64,000 nt of DNA from Vulcanimicrobiota bacterium (lineage in GTDB: Bacteria; Vulcanimicrobiota; Vulcanimicrobiia; Vulcanimicrobiales; Vulcanimicrobiaceae). Below the pieces are notes generated by a model. The model was not told the origin of the DNA. It searched no databases and worked only from the letters and a program-made list of their open reading frames with translations. Where the stretch lies: NCBI GenBank assembly GCA_963833045.1, contig CAWHWL010000020.1, positions 99,191-163,190 of the forward strand, read 5' to 3'. A program made the position numbers and the translations under genes. Shown here one piece after another: positions 1 to 8,702 of this stretch. Each line of letters begins with the position of its first letter. Position 1 is the stretch's first letter.

Positions 1-12
1 ACGTCGGCATGG

Positions 13-792
13 ATGACACTGCACGGCAGCGCCCTCGTGGTGTTGGCAATGGTCGCGAGCACATGCCCGGCAATGAGCCAAGAACTCGAGCCCCGGTCGT
101 ACTCGGCGTTAGCGACGTGAAGGCTTCTGTCACCACGGCCGCCGTGGGTTTTCAACACACATTCGCGTTAGTCGGCCACACTGCGAGCTGGGGCATAAAG
201 ATGCCGTATCTCGGCGCGAACATTTCCGGCGCCGTGTATGGTCAGTTCCAACAAGCATCGCGCTACGGATTTCCGGACCTGCAAGCGCGTTTCGGAATAG
301 AGCTGCTGGGGCGAGCGCTTACGCCGAGCGAGTTCGCACGTCACACGCCCAGCACAACACTCGGAATGAGTCTCACCGTTTCCGCTCCGACCGGAACCTA
401 CGATCCGGCGCACCTGATCAACGTCGGCTCGAATCGCTGGGCGTTTAAGCCGGAGGTGGGGTTCGAACAGCCCATGGGAAAATGGTTCGCCGATCTCTCG
501 GGTGGCGCGTGGATTTTGGCGCCAATACGAATTACTTGGAGGGTGGCGTCCTCCGGCAGGCGCCGCTTGCCATCTTTCAATTTCAGCCGGCTGTAACTTT
601 CGTGCCGGCCAATGGCTGGCGCTCGATGCGAACTACTATTCCGGCGGTTCGACCAGTGTAAATGGAGCCACGGCAATCAACGAGCTGGCAAATTCGCGCT
701 ACGGCTTGACGTTTTCGCAGCCGTTTGGATCGCGCTTCTCGACGAAACTCTCGTGGTCGCGTTGGCTAAGCGGTCACTACGGGCAAGCTTGA
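13..792 (+). pseudogene. Outer-membrane beta-barrel transporter of the MetA-pathway/phenol-degradation-like family, frame-disrupted
   Basis: A signal peptide plus QELEPRSYS N-terminus reads in frame 1 from the ATG at 13. The body is in frame 0 (ORF 9..596). FGANTNYLEGGVLRQAPLAIFQFQPAVTFVPANGW reads only in frame 2 (about 515-615). The C-terminus LALDANYYSGGSTSVNG...RYGLTFSQPF is in frame 1 (ORF 502..792). That makes three successive -1 frame changes, near 100-108, 513-517 (T run) and 605-620. Confidence 0.55.
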
Positions 793-841
793 CGGCCACC
801 CTGACCCTTCAATATCGCTGGTTCGATCGACAATGCAGCGC

Positions 842-1667
842 CTAAATTTCGTCGGTGCCGTAGATCAGCGCGGTCTTGGTTGAGCCTGCAAAAAGGTCGT
901 CCCAAAGCGGTTTCTGGAGATCCTTGAAAAACTGATCCGCGGCTTCATGCGCTTTCTGCTGTTTGCTGACGTCGCCTTGCATGTGGTACGACCAGCCGAA
1001 TTCCACAACGAGGACGTTAGAACTTGTCCGTCGCCGGGCGCGTCCACACGGCGAGGTCGGCGTAGAGCTAGGTGTTCTTCCCAAAGTTGTAAATGCCCAG
1101 ACGCGCCCCAACCTCAAGGACACGCGCGCCGTTCACCGCCGACACCATCTTGGTACCATCGAGATTGAGCGCTTTGAGGCCCGGAAAGATCTCCATGATC
1201 TCCGAGAGCGGATGTTCGAACTTTGCTACCGGGTAGTAGCCGATCAAGTTATTCGAAAAGATGCTCTTGATCGTGCCCTGCTTGTTGCCCCGCAGAATCT
1301 CTTCCTTAAATTTCTTCTTTATGCTGATTTCCTTCATCGTGCTGTCGACGTTGAAGTCCGCCGATGCGCGAAAGTCGGGCGAGCGCAGTTTGAACGTCAC
1401 CTCGTAGGTTTCATCCGGAAAGCCGCTCGACGCATCCCGGCGCAGCCGCAGAATGACGTGATTGTCCCGAAAGACGCAGTCCGGCGTATCAAAAAACTGC
1501 ACGCCGCGCATCTCCGAATCGATCCGGTCGAACGGCTCGTAGCGCACACCGGCATCCGCCGCAATTTTCGTGAGTCGCTCGTTGAACGCGATAACGGCCT
1601 TTTTGGTTGGAAACAGCTCGGGCTTGAGCAAGAGTTTGAATTCGCGAGCGGTGATTGCGGCGGCCAT
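842..1667 (-). pseudogene. Hypothetical protein, possibly CYTH-like, interrupted by an in-frame TAG and a frameshift
   Basis: The ATG at 1667 is preceded by AAAGGAG. The N-terminus AREFKLLLKPE resembles the CYTH ExExK start. The frame stops at a TAG (1068-1070), continues as LYADLAVWTRPATDKF, stops again at 1017-1019, and the protein-like tail NVLVVEFGWSYHMQGD...IYGTDEI continues in another frame (ORF 842..1123). Confidence 0.45.
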
Positions 1668-1677
1668 GGTTGCTCCT

Positions 1678-2199
1678 TTATCGCAGTGCAACGGCTCCGA
1701 CGATTGCTCCGCCGAGAATGAGCAGCGCCGGATTGACTTTGGTACGTATCGTTAAAGCAAAAACAGCAAGGCCCACCGCGGCCGTGACCCACCCGGTGAT
1801 CGAACCTCTCCCAAAGGTGATGAGCCCGGCGACGGCCAGACCGATTGCCACCGGACCAAGGCCCTTTTGTATCGAGGCTCTCCAGGGCCAATTGGCGAGC
1901 TTATCCCACAAGCGGCCAACGCCGAACGTCAAGATCCCGGTGGGCACGAAGAACGCGAGCGCTGCGACGAACGCGCCGGCAAGACCGCTGACACGCTCGC
2001 CCATCGCCGCAACCATCATCATGTTCGGCCCCGGCGCCATTTGTCCGACGCTGTAAATGTGAATCACTTGCTGATCGGTTAGCCAGTGGTGCACGTCGAC
2101 GACCAACGATTTCATTTCGGGAAATGCCGCCATCCCGCCGCCGATGGTCAGTAGCGAGAGATACGCAAAAACTCGCGCTATTGCAGGAATCTGATCCAT
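1678..2199 (-). CDS. Chromate transporter, short-chain CHR family half-protein
   Basis: MDQIPAIARVFAYLSLLTIGGGMAAFPEM is a ChrA-like N-terminus and the protein is polytopic and hydrophobic. The ATG at 2199 overlaps the 3' end of the upstream half-gene. Confidence 0.8.
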   Translation of the reverse strand: MDQIPAIARVFAYLSLLTIGGGMAAFPEMKSLVVDVHHWLTDQQVIHIYSVGQMAPGPNMMMVAAMGERVSGLAGAFVAALAFFVPTGILTFGVGRLWDKLANWPWRASIQKGLGPVAIGLAVAGLITFGRGSITGWVTAAVGLAVFALTIRTKVNPALLILGGAIVGAVALR

Positions 2200-2777
2200 T
2201 CGGAATCCTTTTCTGGCGGGTGATCCTTGGCGGGACGATGGATGAAAATCGAAAGCGCGCCGACCGCCAGAAGCACGACGGGCACCGAGAGCTTGAAATG
2301 ATTCACGCCGAGAACGGCCGCGAGAATAATGAATGCGTCGTAGAAACCCTTGACCGATTTTTTGCCGATCTGAAACCACGTCGCCGCGATCAGCCCGACG
2401 GCAGCTGCGGCCACGCCCTTGAGCGCCGCGGTTACCAGTGGTCGATCGCCGTTTTCACCGTAGAGGATCCCGGCAACGGTCATGAAGATGAAACCGGGCA
2501 AGCACATCCCCAGCATCGCCAAGAACGAACCGATCGTTCCGCCGACGCGATCGCCCGCGAGGATCGACATGTTCGTGGCGTTGAGGCCGGGCAGCGTGTT
2601 GCTGATCGACATCAGCTCGAGGAAGCTGTTGTCGTCGAGCCATTTCTTCTTGGTCACCAGCGCATTGCGCAGATAGGCGACCACGCCGCCGCCGAAACTC
2701 GTCGCGCCGATAATCAGAAACGTCATGAAGATATCCGCCAGGGACACCTTTTTGCTTGGCGGCGCCGGCGTCGTCAC
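2178..2777 (-). CDS. Chromate transporter, short-chain CHR family half-protein
   Basis: Carries the CHR motif FLIIGATSFGGGVVAYLRN. The GTG at 2777 forms a GTGA overlap with the stop of the upstream gene. The N-terminal part of the track ORF overlaps that gene and was trimmed. Confidence 0.75.
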   Translation of the reverse strand: MTTPAPPSKKVSLADIFMTFLIIGATSFGGGVVAYLRNALVTKKKWLDDNSFLELMSISNTLPGLNATNMSILAGDRVGGTIGSFLAMLGMCLPGFIFMTVAGILYGENGDRPLVTAALKGVAAAAVGLIAATWFQIGKKSVKGFYDAFIILAAVLGVNHFKLSVPVVLLAVGALSIFIHRPAKDHPPEKDSEWIRFLQ

Positions 2778-3415
2778 GGACTCGGGCTTATGAAAACGGA
2801 AGGTGATACCGGTGCATTCGGAACGTAGTTCGCGAATGTAATCGTCCCGTCGACGCTGTAGTCGGGGAAGCGAGCGGCGATGTCGGATTTGGTGGGCAAC
2901 GCAAAGCCGCTTACCGCGCCGTAGGTCTGCGCGAACCGCAGCGATCCGCCGTTGGTATACGACCATACGACTCGTTCGATCAGCGCGCTTTGATCGTTGA
3001 CGGAGAGGATCAAACCCTTGACCCGGCTACCCGGCTTCTTCGGGACGAGCGAGTAACTGGATTCGGATCCGTCATCCGTGAGCGGCGTGACGGTGTACTG
3101 CTTCATCGCGCCTTCGTATGACGGCGTCGATGTGACGAGGTCCTTGAACTTGCTCAGCGATCCCGAGACATTCGCAAATTCGATCGACCGCTTCGGCTTG
3201 AGATAGTACACCGTGCCGTCAAAGCTCTTGTGCACCGGGATCACCACGTGCAGCGTTGCGTCGAGCTTTGCCGACGCGGTATACGATTTCAGAGTCGGAT
3301 TCGGATCGGTGGCGCGGCGAAGTAAATCCAGTGACGCCGTTTGGGCACCCAGCGCTTCGCCCCGGGCGACAAGGACGCACATAGCAAGGAGAGCGACGGC
3401 AATCGGCACACGCAC
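2774..3415 (-). CDS. Secreted hypothetical protein, possibly LolA-like fold
   Basis: Signal peptide MRVPIAVALLAMCVLVARGEALGAQ, a beta-rich sequence with no TM segments, and translational coupling to the ChrA halves. Confidence 0.55.
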   Translation of the reverse strand: MRVPIAVALLAMCVLVARGEALGAQTASLDLLRRATDPNPTLKSYTASAKLDATLHVVIPVHKSFDGTVYYLKPKRSIEFANVSGSLSKFKDLVTSTPSYEGAMKQYTVTPLTDDGSESSYSLVPKKPGSRVKGLILSVNDQSALIERVVWSYTNGGSLRFAQTYGAVSGFALPTKSDIAARFPDYSVDGTITFANYVPNAPVSPSVFISPSP

Positions 3416-3486
3416 CTACTAGGCATAGCTCAATCCGCACGCCCGCGCACCGATGTGTCCAGGACTGACGTTCGCCGGAACAAAAG

Positions 3487-3972
3487 ATGCGGCCGGAGAT
3501 GGATGACGATATTGCCGCGTTCCACGCGATCAACCGGGAATGCGAAGCGCAGCTCTGGCCGGCGACCGAGTCCGAGCTGAGAACGATGATCGGCAGCGCC
3601 TATCGTGCGGTGATCACTGCGGACCGCCTCGGAATGCTGATCGCGTTCGATGAACGCGCGCCCTATGACAGCCCGAATTTTCGCTGGTTTGCGGAACGCT
3701 ATCCGCGTTTCGTGTACGTCGATCGCGTGGCCGTCACACAAAGCGCGCGCGGCCGTGGTCTCGCTCGCCGCTTATACGAGGATCTTATGGCCGCAGCGCG
3801 CGCCGACGGACACAAGATTGTCTGCGCCGAGGTCTACTTCGATCCGCCCAATCCGCAGTCGGATGCGTTCCACGAAGCCATGGGATTTGTCGAAGTCGGA
3901 CGCGCTCGCGTCGCCGATCGCGGCGGCAAAACCGTCCGCTATTTGGTCCGAGAATTGGAAGCGAAACTCTAA
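3487..3972 (+). CDS. GNAT family N-acetyltransferase
   Basis: Acetyl-CoA binding motif VAVTQSARGRGLARRLYEDL (Q/RxxGxG/A) in a ~160 aa protein. Confidence 0.8.
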   Translation: MRPEMDDDIAAFHAINRECEAQLWPATESELRTMIGSAYRAVITADRLGMLIAFDERAPYDSPNFRWFAERYPRFVYVDRVAVTQSARGRGLARRLYEDLMAAARADGHKIVCAEVYFDPPNPQSDAFHEAMGFVEVGRARVADRGGKTVRYLVRELEAKL

Positions 3973-3991
3973 TGCGATGGAGCAGCGCGCG

Positions 3992-4642
3992 TTAATCCAG
4001 GCGCAGAGTGCGCGTCCAAAACACGGTCAGCATTTCGGCCATCTTTTCAACGGTGGGCTTGTTGACCGCGAGAACCCACTCGGCAAGAATCGCGACCGCT
4101 GCGCTCCCGAGGCCGATGGAGATGAGGCGGCTGTCGAGATCGTGCAGAACGCCGGTCGGCTCGAGGAAATCCGTAGCACGGGTGAGCTGTTTGATCGAGC
4201 GCTCGCGCAGGTCGCGACGGTGTTGCTCCAGCTCGGGGCTGACGCCTAGACTCTCCAGCGCATAGATACGCGCCCGGCGCGGATCTTGCGTGAAATACGT
4301 GTAGTACGCACGATTCGACGCCAGCATGCGCTCGTACACCGGCTTGTCGGTCGAGCGCAACTTCTCGCGCACGATGTCATGCGCGTGTTCCGCGATGTCG
4401 TCGAGGATTGCCCGCAACAGCGCTTCGCGTGAAGGAAATTCCTCGTAGAAGTGACGCGCGGTCACGCCCGACGCCATGCAGATTGCCGGAATAGTCGTCT
4501 TCAAGAAGCCGATCGTTCCGAACAATTCCAAGCCGGCGACGAGCAAACGCGCGCGTCGCTCGGCGCGGCGTTGCGCATCCGAGAGCCCACCGTAACGGCG
4601 GCTCGGCTTCTCTACGAGTGCTTGGTCTACCACGTCCGACAT
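3992..4642 (-). CDS. TetR family transcriptional regulator
   Basis: N-terminal HTH LFGTIGFLKTTIPAICMASGVTARHFYEEFPSREALL. ATG at 4642 with a GAGGA upstream. Divergent from the acyl-CoA dehydrogenase operon. Confidence 0.85.
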   Translation of the reverse strand: MSDVVDQALVEKPSRRYGGLSDAQRRAERRARLLVAGLELFGTIGFLKTTIPAICMASGVTARHFYEEFPSREALLRAILDDIAEHAHDIVREKLRSTDKPVYERMLASNRAYYTYFTQDPRRARIYALESLGVSPELEQHRRDLRERSIKQLTRATDFLEPTGVLHDLDSRLISIGLGSAAVAILAEWVLAVNKPTVEKMAEMLTVFWTRTLRLD

Positions 4643-4720
4643 ATGGTCCTCTAGCGCAGGTTGGAAACAGTCATTCGACAAAACGGCTTGTCACATCCCC
4701 CGCCTAGGAACCGCACCGAC

Positions 4721-5839
4721 ATGAATTTGACCTTCAGCCCGGAGGAGCGGGCGTTTCGCGCTGAAGTGCGCGAGTTTATCGCCACGCACTTGCCCGAGGA
4801 TATTCGGCGCAAGATGCAAGCCGGCGAGCACCTCGAGAAAGACGATTACTACCGCTGGCAGCGCCTGCTGTTCGAGCGCGGTTGGATCGCGCCGAACTGG
4901 CCCGCGAAGTACGGCGGCACTGGTTGGGATCCAATCCGCCGCCACATCTTTTCCGAGGAATTGTCCTACGGTTGGGCGCCGCGTTTGCTACCCTTCGGTT
5001 TGGCCATGGTCGCGCCGGTGATCATCAACTTCGGTAACGACGAGCAACGCGCGCGCTTTCTTCCGCGGATTCTCTCGGGCGAGGACTTCTGGTGCCAAGG
5101 TTACTCCGAGCCCGGCTCGGGCTCGGATCTTGCCTCGCTTTCAACCAAAGCCGAGCGCAAAGGTGATGTCTACGTCATCAACGGTACGAAAACGTGGATC
5201 ACCGCCGCGCAGTGGGCAGATTGGATCTTCGTCCTCGCGCGCACGTCGCCGGTTGAGAAAAAACGCCAAGAAGGCATCTCGTTCATCTTGGTGGATATGC
5301 GCACGCCCGGTGTGAGCGTGCGTCCCATCACCACCATCGACGGCGGCCAAGAGATCAATGAAGTGCACTTGGAGAACGTCGAAGTGCCGGTGACCAACCT
5401 GGTTGGCGAAGAAGGCGGTGGTTGGACCTACGCCAAGTTTTTGCTCGAGCACGAGCGCACCGGTACCGCGGGCATCGCCGCGTGCCGGCAAATGCTCACG
5501 CAACTCGCCGAGCTGCGCGATCGCGAGGGTATCGCGGATCGCCGGTTCGACGAGCGTCTCGCTGAGATCGACATCGAATTAACCGCCGTTGCGTTCACGG
5601 AAATGCGCGTGTTGGCTGCGGAATCGGCCGGCACGCGGCCGGGTCCCGAATCCTCCATCCTCAAGCTCAAGGGCACCGAGATTCAACAAGCGCTTACCGA
5701 ACTCGCGCTCGACGCGGGTGGTCCGTATAGCGACGTCGCGCTCGCGCGGCACTACTTTAATTTTCGCAAAGCCACCATCTATGCCGGCTCCAACGAGATC
5801 CAAAAGAACATCATCGCCAAGCAGATTCTGAAAGTATAA
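4721..5839 (+). CDS. Acyl-CoA dehydrogenase, large subunit of a two-gene pair (PimC-like)
   Basis: Contains WCQGYSEPGSGSDLASL, GISFILVDM and IYAGSNEIQKNII, all ACAD family motifs. The N-terminus NLTFSPEERAFRAEVREF is typical of the family. Confidence 0.85.
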   Translation: MNLTFSPEERAFRAEVREFIATHLPEDIRRKMQAGEHLEKDDYYRWQRLLFERGWIAPNWPAKYGGTGWDPIRRHIFSEELSYGWAPRLLPFGLAMVAPVIINFGNDEQRARFLPRILSGEDFWCQGYSEPGSGSDLASLSTKAERKGDVYVINGTKTWITAAQWADWIFVLARTSPVEKKRQEGISFILVDMRTPGVSVRPITTIDGGQEINEVHLENVEVPVTNLVGEEGGGWTYAKFLLEHERTGTAGIAACRQMLTQLAELRDREGIADRRFDERLAEIDIELTAVAFTEMRVLAAESAGTRPGPESSILKLKGTEIQQALTELALDAGGPYSDVALARHYFNFRKATIYAGSNEIQKNIIAKQILKV

Positions 5840-5843
5840 GACG

Positions 5844-6911
5844 ATGGATTTCACGCTTACTCCCGAGCAAGTCTTGTTACGAGACAGTGTCGCGCGCTTT
5901 GCGACAAACGGTTCCTCGAACGGTGCACGGCGAGATCATTGGAAGCAGTTCGCTGAGCTGGGATGGCTGGGGATCGGCGCACCCGAAGACGTGGGCGGTT
6001 TCGGCAGCGCGACCGAAACGCTGCTGCTGATGGAACAGCTCGGCCGCGGACTCGTGGTCTCGCCGTTCGTCTCGCACGTCGTCCTCGCGGGAGCCGTGCT
6101 GGACGCAGCAAATCGCCGCGATCTCATCGAGGACGTCGTCGAGGGTCGTCGCCGCTTCGCGGTTGCGTACGAAGAACACGGCGCTCGTTACGACCCGGCA
6201 AACGTTGAAGTTCGCGCTGAGCGCGCTGCCGGCGGCTGGAAGCTGCGCGGCACGAAGGTCCGCGTGCTCGATGCGCAAGCGGCCGACACGTACATCGTCT
6301 CGGCCGTAACCGCCGGCGGCGTTTCACTTTTCATGGTTCCTGCGTCGGCAGCAAACGTCACGCGCACGCCCTATCCCGGTGAAGACGGGCACGACGTCGC
6401 AACGTTGCAGTTCGACGGCGTCACCCTCGACGAGGATGCGGTGATCGCGCCGCCCGGCAACGCGCTGTCTGCGCTGGAAGCCGGAGTCGACGCCGCCACG
6501 GCTGCACTTTGCGCGGAGGCGCTTGGTCTATGCGCCGTCATGCTTGAGACAACAGTCGAATACTTGAAAATGCGGCAGCAATTCGGCGTTCCGCTCAGTT
6601 CTTTCCAGGCATTGCAGCATCGCATGGCGGAAATGTATATCGAACTTGAGCTGATTCGCTCGATGGCTTACCATGCGGCGATGACGGTCGAGTCGCAATC
6701 CGACACGGTAGCGCGAAAGCGCGCTATCTCGGCGGCAAAGGCGCAAGTCGCGAAGTCCGGCCGATTTATCGGACAACAGGCGATTCAGCTTCACGGCGCG
6801 ATCGGCATGAGCGAGGAATATAAGATCGGACACTACTTCAAGCGCATGACCTTCGTCGAACGCCTTTTTGGCGATCGTGATTATCACGTTCGGCGCTACC
6901 TCGCATGCTAA
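5844..6911 (+). CDS. Acyl-CoA dehydrogenase family protein, small or partner subunit (PimD-like)
   Basis: ACAD fold motifs QFGVPLSSFQALQHRMAEM and QLHGAIGMSEEY. It starts 5 nt after the large subunit and lacks the C-terminal GxxEIQ segment. Confidence 0.8.
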   Translation: MDFTLTPEQVLLRDSVARFATNGSSNGARRDHWKQFAELGWLGIGAPEDVGGFGSATETLLLMEQLGRGLVVSPFVSHVVLAGAVLDAANRRDLIEDVVEGRRRFAVAYEEHGARYDPANVEVRAERAAGGWKLRGTKVRVLDAQAADTYIVSAVTAGGVSLFMVPASAANVTRTPYPGEDGHDVATLQFDGVTLDEDAVIAPPGNALSALEAGVDAATAALCAEALGLCAVMLETTVEYLKMRQQFGVPLSSFQALQHRMAEMYIELELIRSMAYHAAMTVESQSDTVARKRAISAAKAQVAKSGRFIGQQAIQLHGAIGMSEEYKIGHYFKRMTFVERLFGDRDYHVRRYLAC

Positions 6912-7792
6912 CCTCAGAGCTGGCTGAGCAAGTCGTCAGCGGGCTTGCAACCGGCTCGATCATTGCCAGTATGGCGCTGGCGCTCGTGCTTATCTATCGT
7001 TCGATGAACGTCATCAATTTCGCGCAAGGTGAGATGGCGATGTTTACGACGTTCATCGCGTTTACGCTGATCGGTCGCGGCGTGCCGATCTGGATCTCCT
7101 TCGCGCTTACGGTGCTCATCGCGTTTGTGGGCGGCGTTGCAATCGAACGCATCGTAATCCGCCCCATCGAGCGCGCGTCGCCGCTGACGATCGTGATCGT
7201 ATCGCTGGGATTATTGATCTCGATCAACGGCCTCGCGGGGTGGATCTGGGGCTACGACGTGCACGCGTTTCCGAGTCCGTTCCCACAGACGACCCTTCGG
7301 TTAGGTCCGGTCGTGCTCTCCGCGCAGGATCTCGGCGTGATCGTCACGTGTCTCGGCATGCTCGCCGTGCTGTGGTTTTTCTTCGGGCGCACGCGCCTGG
7401 GACTCGCGATGCGCGCTGCGGCGCTCTATCCTGCGGAGAGTCGCGTGCTGGGCATCCGGGTAGGATGGATGCTCGCGCTCGGATGGGGGCTCGCCGCGGT
7501 GGTCGGCGCCATCTCCGGGGTTATGATCGCGCCGATCGTCTTTCTCGAACCGAACATGATGACGGGATTGGTCGTCTACGCTTTTGCGGCTGCGGTGCTC
7601 GGCGGCATCGATAGTCCGGTCGGTGCGGTGGTGGGCGGATTGATCCTTGGCGTGGCGCTCAACCTGATGGGAACCTACGTCTCGTTTATCGGCACAGACC
7701 TGCGATTGCCGGCGGCGTTCCTCATCATCGTGCTCGTGCTCGTCGTACGGCCGAGCGGATTTTTTGGGAAGCAGAGCGTGACCCGCGTATGA
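6905..7792 (+). CDS. Branched-chain-type (HAAT family) ABC transporter permease, LivH-like
   Basis: Contains YRSMNVINFAQGEMAMF and GGIDSPVGAVVGG. Overlaps the ACAD stop by 7 nt. Confidence 0.85.
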   Translation: MLTSELAEQVVSGLATGSIIASMALALVLIYRSMNVINFAQGEMAMFTTFIAFTLIGRGVPIWISFALTVLIAFVGGVAIERIVIRPIERASPLTIVIVSLGLLISINGLAGWIWGYDVHAFPSPFPQTTLRLGPVVLSAQDLGVIVTCLGMLAVLWFFFGRTRLGLAMRAAALYPAESRVLGIRVGWMLALGWGLAAVVGAISGVMIAPIVFLEPNMMTGLVVYAFAAAVLGGIDSPVGAVVGGLILGVALNLMGTYVSFIGTDLRLPAAFLIIVLVLVVRPSGFFGKQSVTRV

Positions 7793-8700
7793 ACCCGCAA
7801 GCGCGTCGTCTCGTTCCCGTCATCGCGGCCGTCGTGCTGTTTGCCGCGCTGCCGTTCGTCATTCCGTCGTTTCTCACGTTTCAATTTGCGTTTGCCGGCG
7901 CCTACGTGTGCGCGATTTTGGGGTTGACGGTTTTGACCGGGACGAACGGGCAAATCTCGCTCGGCCAGGGTGCATTCATGGCTGCCGGCGGATACACGCT
8001 GGCAATCCTCGTGCATAGCGCGGGATGGCCGCCGGAATTCGCGATCCCGGTCGCGGCCATCGTTGCCTTCGTCTTAGGCGGTATCGTCGGGCTGATTGCA
8101 TTGCGCCTCACCGGCGCATATCTTGCGCTTGCAACATTTGCCCTTGCCGTTTCCGTGTCGCCGTTGATCAAGCGCTTCGGCTGGATCACCGGCGGCGCCC
8201 AAGGCGTGACGCTGCCCTTCTCGCGCGATTCGAGAGTGCTCTATGCGGAGTCATGGGGAATCGCCGCGTTGCTGCTGCTCATCACGTGGTTCATGCTGCG
8301 TGGGCGCATCGGGCGCAGCTTGCGCGCGCTTCGCGACAACGAGATCGCGGCGGCCTCGTTCGGAATCAATCCGGTACCCTACAAAACGTTCGCATTTGCC
8401 CTCAGCGCAGCGTACGCCGGTATCGCGGGAGCGCTGGTCGCGACCGCCACCGCGTATGTCAGTCCCGACACCTTCGGATTGCAACTCTCGCTCACGCTGA
8501 TCATCGGCGTCGTGATCGGCGGTCTTGACTCACTGTGGGGTGCCGTCATCGGCGGCTTAGTAGTCGAGTTTTTGCCCCTGGCTGCACAGTCTATCAACGT
8601 CGCCGCCACATCGCTCATCTACGGTATCGCACTCATCCTCGTCATGATCCTGATGCCCGGCGGGATTGCCGGCGCACTTCGCACGCTTAGTAGGAGGTAA
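7789..8700 (+). CDS. HAAT-family ABC transporter permease, LivM-like
   Basis: Contains TGTNGQISLGQGAFMAAGGY and GGLDSLWGAVIGG. Coupled to the upstream gene by an ATGA overlap. Confidence 0.85.
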   Translation: MNPQARRLVPVIAAVVLFAALPFVIPSFLTFQFAFAGAYVCAILGLTVLTGTNGQISLGQGAFMAAGGYTLAILVHSAGWPPEFAIPVAAIVAFVLGGIVGLIALRLTGAYLALATFALAVSVSPLIKRFGWITGGAQGVTLPFSRDSRVLYAESWGIAALLLLITWFMLRGRIGRSLRALRDNEIAAASFGINPVPYKTFAFALSAAYAGIAGALVATATAYVSPDTFGLQLSLTLIIGVVIGGLDSLWGAVIGGLVVEFLPLAAQSINVAATSLIYGIALILVMILMPGGIAGALRTLSRR

Positions 8701-8702
8701 CC

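Noticed and set aside
1068-1070. The in-frame TAG in the CYTH-like gene as a recoding event (pyrrolysine or read-through).
   Set aside because: No pyl genes or recoding signals are seen, a frameshift follows within 50 nt, and neighbouring genes use TAG as an ordinary stop.
4677-4692. GACAA-N6-TTGTC inverted repeat in the TetR/ACAD divergent region, as a possible TetR operator.
   Set aside because: The arms are only 5 bp, which is expected by chance in a 78-bp region. It cannot be supported without binding data.
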